The notes under the pieces are model-generated. The model searched no databases and was not told where the DNA came from. It saw nothing but the letters and a program-made list of their open reading frames with translations. This document shows positions 9,970 through 18,227 of a DNA stretch of 32,000 nt, one piece after another; within the stretch, counting starts at the first letter, position 1; each line of letters starts with the position of its first letter. Origin of the DNA: Candidatus Saccharimonadota bacterium (GTDB lineage Bacteria; Pseudomonadota; Alphaproteobacteria; Rickettsiales; Anaplasmataceae); assembly GCF_013365495.1 (NCBI RefSeq), contig NZ_CP046580.1, forward strand, positions 330,001 through 362,000. The letters are read 5' to 3'. Made by a program: the position numbers and the translations under genes.

Positions 9970-9997
9970 TTGACATTTTAGATAAAAATTCTAAAAT
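9970..9997 (+). promoter_or_regulatory. Candidate sigma-70-type promoter upstream of tRNA-Leu: TTGACA, 16-nt spacer, TAAAAT.
   Basis: ttgaca at 9970-9975 and taaaat at 9992-9997, about 44 nt upstream of the tRNA 5' end. Sequences resembling a -10 hexamer are common by chance in DNA this AT-rich, so this call is weak. Confidence 0.3.
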
Positions 9998-10040
9998 GAT
10001 TAAGTGATTTAAAGTAATTATATAAAGGCTAGGGTAAAGT

Positions 10041-10128
10041 GCGGTCGTGGTGGAATTGGTAGACACACAGCGTTGAGGTCGCTGTGGCTCGTAAGGCCTT
10101 GGAAGTTCAAGTCTTCTCGTCCGCACCA
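10041..10128 (+). tRNA. tRNA-Leu, anticodon GAG, class II with a long variable arm; the 3' CCA is encoded.
   Basis: Hand fold. Acceptor stem GCGGTCG/CGTCCGC has one U-U mismatch at 5:68. D stem GTG/CAC. Anticodon stem CAGCG/CGCTG with loop TTGAGGT. Variable arm GGCT-CGTAA-GGCC. T stem GGAAG/CTTCT with loop TTCAAGT. Discriminator A, then CCA. Confidence 0.9.
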
Positions 10129-10155
10129 GTTTTTTATTGTTGTTTGTATAGTAAA

Positions 10156-11238
10156 ATGCTTATAGGTAATCAGGATAAAAATAAAGTAGAGAGAGCTATT
10201 AGCGAGATCAGGCGTAGCTTACCAATTTTGATATATAATGAAAGTGATTATCTATTATTTGCTGCTGCTGAAACTTTAGAAAGAAATGTGTTTAATCAGT
10301 ATAAGCTTATATCAAACAATTTATATATTACTTTAACTTCAAGTAAGGTACAGTATACATTAAAGGATGAGAAAAATGGTGATAAACGCTTACCAATAAA
10401 TGATTTTGATGAATTACTTTATTTACTAAATTTTTCGATAGAAGATTGTACAAAGAAGTTGCGATGCTCAAAAACAATAGATAAATATGCTATTGCTTTA
10501 TTAAAATTTTCAGAATTATTACCATATGCATTAGTGGTTGATATGACTTTTGGGAATAAGAATGAAATGCAAGGTTGGTGTGAAGAAAATGATGTTATTG
10601 CTCTGAATACATCATTTGTAAATCGTTTTCAACAGGATTATGGTGTATATGAAGTATGTAAAACGTCTCTATTTTTAAAACAAACTCAAAAAGTGAATAT
10701 TATATCTTATAGAACTAAAAGTTGTGGAAGAGAGCACTATGCAATCATTATTGGTAATCCAAATGAAGAAATTGAACCATTAGTAAGGATTCATTCTTCA
10801 TGCTACACAGGTGATTTATTAGATAGTTTATCATGTGATTGTAGGAGTCAATTGCATCAAGCAATTCAAGTAATGTCTGACTCTGGAAGTGGTATTATAT
10901 TATACTTGATGCAAGATGGCAGAGGTATTGGTTTAACTAATAAGCTAAGAGCATATGGTATGCAAAGAAAATATAATCTTGATACTGTGGATGCGAACAG
11001 GGTATTGGGTTTTGAAGATGACGAAAGAAGTTTTGCTGTTGCAGCAAAAATTTTGAAAAAATTAGATATCAAAAAAGTTCAGTTACTTACAAATAATGAT
11101 AAAAAGTTGTTGGAATTGAAAAGAGGTGGTATAGAGGTTACAAAGTGTTTACCACTTATTATGGAGCGCAATAAATATAATGATTCATATATGGAGGCAA
11201 AATTTTGTAGATTGGGCCACAGGTTGAGAGTGTTTTAG
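10156..11238 (+). CDS. ribA: GTP cyclohydrolase II (riboflavin biosynthesis) with an N-terminal degenerate DHBP-synthase-like domain.
   Basis: The C-terminal half has RIHSSCYTGDLLDSLSCDCRSQL and MQDGRGIGLTNKLRAYGMQ...DTVDAN..LGF..D.R. The track ORF begins at GTG 10084, inside the tRNA gene. The first ATG outside the tRNA is 10156 (MLIGNQDKNKVERAISEIRR...), so I place the start there. Confidence 0.88.
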   Translation: MLIGNQDKNKVERAISEIRRSLPILIYNESDYLLFAAAETLERNVFNQYKLISNNLYITLTSSKVQYTLKDEKNGDKRLPINDFDELLYLLNFSIEDCTKKLRCSKTIDKYAIALLKFSELLPYALVVDMTFGNKNEMQGWCEENDVIALNTSFVNRFQQDYGVYEVCKTSLFLKQTQKVNIISYRTKSCGREHYAIIIGNPNEEIEPLVRIHSSCYTGDLLDSLSCDCRSQLHQAIQVMSDSGSGIILYLMQDGRGIGLTNKLRAYGMQRKYNLDTVDANRVLGFEDDERSFAVAAKILKKLDIKKVQLLTNNDKKLLELKRGGIEVTKCLPLIMERNKYNDSYMEAKFCRLGHRLRVF

Positions 11239-11301
11239 TTTTTTTGTAAATGCTTTCTTGATTTACTGAATTTATTGGTAAGTTAAACTTCAGATATTAA
11301 A

Positions 11302-11985
11302 ATGCTAAAGTTTTTTAGGCAAAAAAAAAATAATAAGTTATTGGATAAAGATGTAAATTGGAGTTCAAATTGTTATAGCATGGTTGTTGCTCAGAGAAAT
11401 ACTTTACTTTTATTTGTATTGATATTATCAGTGGCAATTTTTGTAAGTATATTAGCTATACTAAAAATTAGTACTAGTAGTACTATCGAACCATTTGTTA
11501 TAGAAATTGAAAAAAAATCAGGAATAGTGCAGTGGGTTGATCCTATTACGATAAAACAATATTCTGCAGATGAGGTTTTAAATAGTCATTTTATTGCAGA
11601 GTATATTAAGTCGAGAGAGATTTTTGATCCATATAATTATAGTTATAACTATTATACAAAGGTAAGGTTATTTTCTTCATCTAGTGTATATAATGAGTTT
11701 AGAGATTATATAGAACTGCAGAATATAGATGATCTTTTTAGTGTATATTCAGATTTTATTAAAAATGAGTTTAAGATTCGTTCAATTCAAAAATTATATG
11801 ATGATACTTTTCAGATAAGGTTTACTGTGGAATTTATTCGAAAAGATGGGAGTTCCATCAGAAAAAATAGAATAGCTATTATGTCATATAGATATGTATC
11901 ACTTGAGATGAATGATCAGCAAAGGTATATTAACCCGTTAGGATTTCAGGTTACTTCTTATAGGGTAGATGATGAATATGTGTAG
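11302..11985 (+). CDS. virB8: Type IV secretion system protein VirB8.
   Basis: 227 aa with a single N-terminal TM segment (LLLFVLILSVAIFVSILAIL), followed by EPFVIEIEKKSGIV and FIAEYIKSREIFDPYNY, typical of the VirB8 periplasmic domain. It is first in the virB8-B9-B10-B11-D4 order. Confidence 0.9.
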   Translation: MLKFFRQKKNNKLLDKDVNWSSNCYSMVVAQRNTLLLFVLILSVAIFVSILAILKISTSSTIEPFVIEIEKKSGIVQWVDPITIKQYSADEVLNSHFIAEYIKSREIFDPYNYSYNYYTKVRLFSSSSVYNEFRDYIELQNIDDLFSVYSDFIKNEFKIRSIQKLYDDTFQIRFTVEFIRKDGSSIRKNRIAIMSYRYVSLEMNDQQRYINPLGFQVTSYRVDDEYV

Positions 11986-12778
11986 AGTATTGTTTGTTTT
12001 AATTTTGTTGATAAGTATGGGAGTAAGTGCATCAATTAATTATGGTAAGCCTATTTCTGTAGACAGTAGAATAAAAACTTTTGTATATAGCCCTAACGAA
12101 GTGTTTACGGTTGTTTTTAGCCAAGGTTATTATTCTTATATAGAATTTGCAGAAGGAGAAAGAATCAAAAATATTGCTGTTGGTGATGCATCTAGTTGGA
12201 AGATTAGTCCTTATGATAATAAATTGCTTATTATGCCGTTTGAAGTTAGTAGTCGTACTAATATGATTGTTATAACTACCAGAAAAAGAAATTATATTTT
12301 TGATCTAATCTCAAGGCCAAACTACGATAAATATCCTACTAGTAATGTTGAAAAGACAGGTAATGATTATTCTGCTGAAAGAGATATATCTTATGTAGTA
12401 CGTTTTTATTATCCTCAAGAGGAAGATGAGTTTGATATTGATTTAGATGAAATATCAACTCCTACTCAAATGCAGTATGTTGTAGATAAGCTAGAAGATG
12501 TAATACAAGAAAATGCTACGAAGTATAATTATACATATATTAATAAAAGTGTTAACGATGATATAATACCGATAGAGTTATTTGATGATGGCTATTTAAC
12601 TTATTTAAAATTTAGAGATAGTAGTAAAATACCTCAAATTTTTGTAGAGGAAAATAAGGCTAAATCTCCTTGTAAAAGACTATTGTTTGATGGTTATATT
12701 ATAATAAAAGGGGTGCATAAAAGGTTATTTATGCGTTATGAAGATGATGAGGTTGAAGTTGTAAATAAGTTACTTTAG
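11969..12778 (+). CDS. virB9: Type IV secretion system protein VirB9.
   Basis: 269 aa with signal peptide MMNMCRVLFVLILLISMGVSAS. VirB9/CagX/TrbG-like block: IKTFVYSPNEVFTVVFSQGYYSYIEFAEGERIKNIAVGDASSWKI...NMIVITTRKRNYIFDL. Overlaps the virB8 stop by 17 nt. Confidence 0.92.
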   Translation: MMNMCRVLFVLILLISMGVSASINYGKPISVDSRIKTFVYSPNEVFTVVFSQGYYSYIEFAEGERIKNIAVGDASSWKISPYDNKLLIMPFEVSSRTNMIVITTRKRNYIFDLISRPNYDKYPTSNVEKTGNDYSAERDISYVVRFYYPQEEDEFDIDLDEISTPTQMQYVVDKLEDVIQENATKYNYTYINKSVNDDIIPIELFDDGYLTYLKFRDSSKIPQIFVEENKAKSPCKRLLFDGYIIIKGVHKRLFMRYEDDEVEVVNKLL

Positions 12779-12799
12779 TTTCATATATGCAATACAATT

Positions 12800-14260
12800 A
12801 TGGGTAAAGAAAGACGTGATAATTTAGAAAATGAGTCAGAAATAGAGAGTAAAGTAGTAACAGTTGGTTCTAATCAAAGTCATAGAGTACTAATAGTTAT
12901 TATTTTGGTGCTTTTAGCTGGCGGAGTATATTATTTCTATTTTGATCTTTTTTCTGATGAAAAGGATATGGAAATTATTAAAAGAAAAGAAGTAAAGCAA
13001 AGTGTTCAAGAGTTAAAGGAGAAATTGGAAAAAGTTCCGGATGAGATAGTTCATGAAAGAATAATAACTGATTTACCATCTTTACCTCCTCTTTTTACCC
13101 CACAAGTTATACCAGAAATAAGGCAAATTGAAAAAAAGGAAGAAAAACTCAAAGAAACTCATGTGTCAAATATACCTGTTTTGCCAAAACAAAATTTTTC
13201 TTATAGTGATAGTGCTAGTAATTTACCTACTTCATTGTCTACAATAGGGAATCATGGTTATCCTAAAGATAGACGTAGTGTACAAATGTTAGCAATTTTA
13301 GGTAATAAAAAAGAAAATAAGGCTACTGATAGTATTTTATCTAGCACTTCAACTCAGTTGAGCACGGTTGCTAGAGTGAGAAAACTTGGATTTATGATTA
13401 CTCAAGGTAAAATTATTGATGCTGTTCTTGAGACTGCAATAGATTCTGATCTACAAGGTATGTTACGTGCTGTAATTAGTAGTGATGTTTATGCAGAATC
13501 TAGTAATACAATTTTAATCCCCAAAGGTTCGAGATTGATAGGTAATTATTCATTTAATCCAAGTACGATAAAAGATCGTATAAATATAAATTGGAATAGG
13601 ATTATTCTTCCTCATGGAATAGATATTACTGTTTCATCATTTGGTACTGATAAGCTAGGTAGAGCAGGCATCATTGGTATGGTTGATAGTAAAGTAACAA
13701 GTGCATTGTTTTCTTCAATATTACTTGCAGGTATTTCAATTAGTTCGGCTGTTGTAGCACAAAAAGCTTATGATCTTATTGATGTATTTACTGTTATGAA
13801 TTTAGTGAGATCTATTACTGTAACTGAGATAGACATTTCTGCCTTTAAGGATATTATTGGCAGGAAAAATAATTTTCATGAGGGTGAAGCAAGGATAGGA
13901 GATGATAAGTGGAAGCTTAGGATTGGAGCCATTAGAAAAATTAAGAATGCTTCTAATGAACAGAATTTAATTGAGATATTTAAGCAAGAAATAAAAGACT
14001 TGGGTTTGAGTTCGATTGATGATAATAAAGTTGATGAAATTACTTTAGAAGATATAAAATTATTGCTGCAAAGGCAAGAAAATAAGTCTGTTTATAAAGA
14101 AACAATTGAAAAATCAATTAATGATTTTTCTAAGGATATACGAGATATAGTTAATAGATATATAAGTAAAAGCCCAACTGTTTATGTTAATCAGGGTACT
14201 GCATTAAAAGTATTTGTTAATCAAGATATAGTGTTTCCTCCACAGACAATATTAAATTAA
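12800..14260 (+). CDS. virB10: Type IV secretion system protein VirB10 (TrbI family) with an enlarged C-terminal region.
   Basis: 486 aa with an N-terminal TM segment (VLIVIILVLLAGGVYYFYF) and a Pro-rich linker (LPSLPPLFTPQVIP). TrbI core: GKIIDAVLETAIDSDLQGMLRAVISSDVY...ILIPKGSRLIGNY...W.RIILPHGIDI...GTDKLGRAGIIGMVD...PTVYVNQGTALKVFVNQDIVF. Confidence 0.92.
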   Translation: MGKERRDNLENESEIESKVVTVGSNQSHRVLIVIILVLLAGGVYYFYFDLFSDEKDMEIIKRKEVKQSVQELKEKLEKVPDEIVHERIITDLPSLPPLFTPQVIPEIRQIEKKEEKLKETHVSNIPVLPKQNFSYSDSASNLPTSLSTIGNHGYPKDRRSVQMLAILGNKKENKATDSILSSTSTQLSTVARVRKLGFMITQGKIIDAVLETAIDSDLQGMLRAVISSDVYAESSNTILIPKGSRLIGNYSFNPSTIKDRININWNRIILPHGIDITVSSFGTDKLGRAGIIGMVDSKVTSALFSSILLAGISISSAVVAQKAYDLIDVFTVMNLVRSITVTEIDISAFKDIIGRKNNFHEGEARIGDDKWKLRIGAIRKIKNASNEQNLIEIFKQEIKDLGLSSIDDNKVDEITLEDIKLLLQRQENKSVYKETIEKSINDFSKDIRDIVNRYISKSPTVYVNQGTALKVFVNQDIVFPPQTILN

Positions 14261-14270
14261 TATCAATAAA

Positions 14271-15272
14271 ATGAATTATGCTGCACTTGATACATATTTA
14301 GAGCCATTACAAAACCTCTTTCAAGAGGAAGGTGTAAGTGAAATATCGATAAATAAACCAAAAGAGGTATGGATTGAAAATTGTGGTAAAACAAGATGTG
14401 AAAAATTAGAAGTATTTGATCTTAATCATTTAAAGTCTCTTGGCAGATTAATTGCTCAGGCTACAGAACAAAAGCTGAATGAAGAAGCACCATTACTTTC
14501 AGCCACATTGCCAAATGGTTATCGTATACAGATAGTATTTCCTCCAGCATGTGAGCTTGATAAAGTGGTTATGTCAATTCGTAAACCTTCTACCATGCAG
14601 TTGGCATTGGATGATTATGAAAGAATGGGAGCTTTTTCTGAGACTTCTATAGAGATGACTGATAATCCAGTAGATCTTTATTTGGATTTGCTATTAAAGC
14701 AAAAAAGAATAAAAGAATTTTTAGAGTATGCTATAGTAAATAAGAAAAATATTATAGTTAGTGGTGGAACTTCTACTGGTAAAACTACTTTTACTAATGC
14801 TACTTTGCGTGCTATTCCAGTTGAAGAAAGAATTATTACTGTTGAAGATGCAAGGGAAATCGTTTTAGATAATCATCTTAATAGAGTACATTTGATTGTT
14901 TCAAAAGGAGGGCAAGGAAGGGCAAAAGTAACTACTCAAGATTTGATAGAAGCATGCTTACGTTTAAGGCCAGATAGAATAATAGTTGGTGAACTACGTG
15001 GAGCAGAGGCTTTTAGTTTTTTTAGAGCAATAAATACTGGTCATCCAGGGTCAATATCAACCTTACATGCTGATAGTCCAGCAATGGCCCTTGAGCAAAT
15101 GAAATTGATGGTTATGCAAGCAAACCTTGGTATGCCTCCAGATCATATTATATCATATATTAAGAATGTGATTGATATTATCATTCAACTAAAAAGGGCA
15201 AGTAGTGGGAAAAGGAGTATTTCTGAAATATTATTTACTAGGTCTTTGAGTAAAATTTGTAAATTTATATAA
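14271..15272 (+). CDS. virB11: Type IV secretion ATPase VirB11.
   Basis: 333 aa. Walker A motif VSGGTSTGKTTF. Also TVEDAREI, RPDRIIVGELRGAEAF and INTGHPGSISTLHA, typical of VirB11/GspE-type traffic ATPases. Confidence 0.95.
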   Translation: MNYAALDTYLEPLQNLFQEEGVSEISINKPKEVWIENCGKTRCEKLEVFDLNHLKSLGRLIAQATEQKLNEEAPLLSATLPNGYRIQIVFPPACELDKVVMSIRKPSTMQLALDDYERMGAFSETSIEMTDNPVDLYLDLLLKQKRIKEFLEYAIVNKKNIIVSGGTSTGKTTFTNATLRAIPVEERIITVEDAREIVLDNHLNRVHLIVSKGGQGRAKVTTQDLIEACLRLRPDRIIVGELRGAEAFSFFRAINTGHPGSISTLHADSPAMALEQMKLMVMQANLGMPPDHIISYIKNVIDIIIQLKRASSGKRSISEILFTRSLSKICKFI

Positions 15273-15291
15273 AATTAAGAGAAAGTAGTTT

Positions 15292-17247
15292 ATGACTCAT
15301 AGTGGAGATCATCTGCGTAATATTTTTATAGGAGGTATTATAATTTTCAGTTTATTAGAATTTTGTTTCTATTTATCTGGAATATTGTTTTATCTTTTTG
15401 TTGATGGTCCTGATGGTGTAGATTTTAAGAAAATCAACCCTAGTTTAACTCCTTTTCCTCAAGCTCTCTGGCCAACAATTTTTGATCATATACAATATTG
15501 TTTGTATCATCCAGAGTTGTATAATTCTGAGCTTAAAATTAAATTAATTGTATCTTTTATGTTACCTATTACTGTTTTAGTAGTTATTTTATGGAATTTA
15601 AGAGAGAGGATAATTGAATGGCGGCCCTTTAAAAGGAAAGAATCGCTTCATGGGGATTCGAAATGGGCGTCAGAAAAAGATATACGGAAGGCAGGATTAA
15701 GAAGTAAAAAAGGATTGTTGCTTGGTAAGGATAAGAGAGGTTACTTTATTGCTGACGGGTATCAGCACACATTATTGTTTGCACCTACAGGTTCTGGTAA
15801 GGGTGTTGGTTTTGTAATTCCTAATTTGTTATTTTGGACTGATTCGGTTATTGTACATGATATAAAATTAGAGAATTATGAGATAACTAGTGGTTGGCGG
15901 GAACGACAAGGGCAAGAAGTATATGTATGGAACCCAGCACAGCCAGATGGAATTAGCCATTGTTATAATCCATTAGAGTGGATTAGCGAAAAACCTGGAC
16001 AAATGGTTGATGATGTGCAAAAAATAGCAAATTTGATTATGCCTGAACAAGATTTTTGGCAAAATGAAGCAAGAAGTTTATTTGTTGGAGTAGTTTTATA
16101 TTTGCTTGCTACACCGGAAAAGGTAAAATCATTTGGTGAAGTTGTACGTACTATGCGTAGTGATGATGTAGTTTATAATCTTGCTGTTGTTTTAGATACT
16201 ATAGGTAAAAGTATACATCCTGTGGCATATATGAACATTGCAGCCTTTTTACAAAAAGCTGATAAAGAAAGGTCAGGTGTTATTTCAACTATGAACTCAT
16301 CTCTTGAATTATGGGCAAATCCACTTATTGATACTGCAACTGCGACGAGTGACTTTAATATTTTAGACTTTAAAAAGAAGAAAGTTACGGTTTATGTTGG
16401 CTTGACTCCAGATAACCTGAATAGGTTAAGACCTTTGATGCAAGTTTTCTATCAACAAGCAACTGAATTTTTGTGTAGGAAATTGCCTTTAGATGATGAG
16501 CCTTATGGTGTATTATTTTTAATGGATGAGTTCCCAACTCTTGGGAAGATGGAACAATTTCAAACAGGTATTGCATATTTTCGTGGGTATAGAGTGAGAT
16601 TATTCTTAATTGTTCAAGATACTGAGCAACTTAAAGGAATATATGAAGAAGCAGGAATGAACTCCTTTTTATCAAACTCAACTTATAGAATAACTTTTGC
16701 AGCTAATAATATTGAGACTGCTAATTTGATATCACAGCTTATAGGAAACAAGACTGTAAAACAAGAATCATTAAATAAACCTAAATTTTTGGATTTTAAT
16801 CCTGCTTCAAGGTCATTGCATATTTCTGAAACACAGAGAGCTTTACTTTTGCCGCAGGAGATTATTATGTTACCGCGTGATGAACAAATAATTTTAATAG
16901 AGTCTACTTATCCGATTAAATCAAAAAAAGTTTTATATTATAATGATAGTGTTTTTACAAAAAAATTATTTAAGCCAACTCATGTACCTATACAGGAACC
17001 ATATGACCCAAGTAGAATTTTTTCTACTGTTAGTAATGGTAGTGGGGTTGATAATGAAGAGAGTGATTCTATTGAAGGTCTTAACTCTGTTGATGACGGT
17101 TATCCTATTGAAACTGAAGGAGATGTAGCGCCTGATGAATTAGAAGTCAACGATAAATTTGATGATGAAGATATTGGTGAAGAGTTTGATGAGGGTGAGT
17201 TTGAAGATGAAGATATTGATGATGAGATAAAAAATAGTGAAAAATAA
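15292..17247 (+). CDS. virD4: Type IV secretion coupling protein VirD4 (TraG/TraD family) with an acidic C-terminal tail.
   Basis: 651 aa with N-terminal TM segments. Motifs: HGDSKWAS, Walker A FAPTGSGKGVGFVIPNLL, Walker B-like VLFLMDEFPTLG, and RGYRVRLFLIVQD. Confidence 0.93.
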   Translation: MTHSGDHLRNIFIGGIIIFSLLEFCFYLSGILFYLFVDGPDGVDFKKINPSLTPFPQALWPTIFDHIQYCLYHPELYNSELKIKLIVSFMLPITVLVVILWNLRERIIEWRPFKRKESLHGDSKWASEKDIRKAGLRSKKGLLLGKDKRGYFIADGYQHTLLFAPTGSGKGVGFVIPNLLFWTDSVIVHDIKLENYEITSGWRERQGQEVYVWNPAQPDGISHCYNPLEWISEKPGQMVDDVQKIANLIMPEQDFWQNEARSLFVGVVLYLLATPEKVKSFGEVVRTMRSDDVVYNLAVVLDTIGKSIHPVAYMNIAAFLQKADKERSGVISTMNSSLELWANPLIDTATATSDFNILDFKKKKVTVYVGLTPDNLNRLRPLMQVFYQQATEFLCRKLPLDDEPYGVLFLMDEFPTLGKMEQFQTGIAYFRGYRVRLFLIVQDTEQLKGIYEEAGMNSFLSNSTYRITFAANNIETANLISQLIGNKTVKQESLNKPKFLDFNPASRSLHISETQRALLLPQEIIMLPRDEQIILIESTYPIKSKKVLYYNDSVFTKKLFKPTHVPIQEPYDPSRIFSTVSNGSGVDNEESDSIEGLNSVDDGYPIETEGDVAPDELEVNDKFDDEDIGEEFDEGEFEDEDIDDEIKNSEK

Positions 17248-17359
17248 AGTTAATTTTATCTACTTTTTTTTTGGAGGATAAATTATTATATTGAATTTTT
17301 ATATTAAACTAATTTTAATTAATTGACGTTAAATTAGTTCTTTTTAAGTAAAGAGATTA

Positions 17360-18227
17360 ATGAATACTAAAAAAGTGTTAGTAGTTGTAGTGTTTACTAT
17401 ATTATTATCGAAGCAATCTTTTGCAAGTAAAACAGAAGGGTTTTATTTTGGTAGTGAATACCATGGTCAATTTTTTAATAGTGTAGGTTTATTTAAAGTA
17501 AGAAGTATAGAAAATAATTCCAGGAGACATGTGATTATAAATAAAGTGTATATTTCTAACAAAATAAAAGATCAAAAATTGAGTGAGTACAAAGGAGATT
17601 ATAATCCACCTTTTGCTGGTGGTATAGTGTTTGGTTATAAAGGAGAATTTAATAATAATACTTATTAGAACTGAATTAGAAGGGATGTATTCTTCTGTAA
17701 AAGTGAACAATGTTGGCTTTAAGGGTGACCGGATGAGTATATTGTACTTCAAGGAAATTGGGGAAGGTGCAGATAGAAAAACTTATGTGTATTCTGCTAA
17801 AGTTGATAATGATCAAATTGAAAACACATCTGTAATGGCAAATGCTTGCTATTATTTTAGAATCGGTGATGTTTCTTTTTCCCCTTATATTGGAATTGGA
17901 TTAGGTCTTTCAAGGATGAAGATGCTTGGGATGGTATCAACAGTAGGGCCTGCATATCAATTAAAAGCTGATTTTGTTCATCATATAAGTAAAGATGTAA
18001 ATATGCATGTTGGATATAGACATTTTAGTGCTTTTGGTAAGAGTTATAAACTAAAAGTAAATTTATTAGGAGAAGTAAAATTAAGTACTTCAGGGGCAAA
18101 ATCAATACTTGACGATAGTATTAAAGAGATTCTCCTAACAGGGATTGAAAAACAAGAAGATATAGATATGGATGGTGGATTATTTTCTACACGTGGTATA
18201 GAGGCTGGTCTTACTTTTCATTTTTAA
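17360..18227 (+). pseudogene. OMP-1/P28/MAP1/Msp2/Wsp-superfamily beta-barrel outer membrane protein (Surface_Ag_2-like), split by a +1 frameshift into two ORFs (17360-17668 and 17631-18227).
   Basis: ORF A has a signal peptide (MNTKKVLVVVVFTILLSKQSFAS), then GFYFGSEY and YNPPFAGGIVFGY. ORF B has IRTELEGMY, ENTSVMANACYYF, FSPYIGIGLGLSRM, VGYRHF and a C-terminal GLTFHF. Together they make about 290 aa, the normal size for this family. The frame change must lie within 17631-17666, an aat-aat-aat rich stretch. Confidence 0.7.

Noticed and set aside
5154-10128. A genomic island integrated at tRNA-Leu.
   Set aside because: There is no integrase, transposase or phage gene. I found no direct repeat of the tRNA 3' end (ttcaagtcttctcgtccgcacca) elsewhere in the window. 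The odd region lies 5' of the tRNA rather than 3', where tRNA-targeting elements normally sit.
10084-10155. GTG-initiated 5' extension of the ribA ORF (MARKALEVQVFSSAPVFYCCLYSK...).
   Set aside because: These 24 codons overlap the 3' half of the tRNA-Leu gene and its CCA end. The sequence is tRNA-derived, not RibA-like. The start is moved to ATG 10156.
16385-17128. ORFs 16385-16576 (minus strand) and 16943-17128 (plus strand, out of frame) within virD4; also 10866-11072 (minus strand) within ribA.
   Set aside because: They are embedded in strongly supported genes. The 16943 ORF is simply the alternate frame of the GAT/GAA-rich acidic-tail region.
17489-17752. 87-aa minus-strand ORF spanning the porin frameshift site.
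   Set aside because: It is antisense to two ORFs that together reconstruct a complete OMP-1/Msp2-family protein, and it has no motif support.
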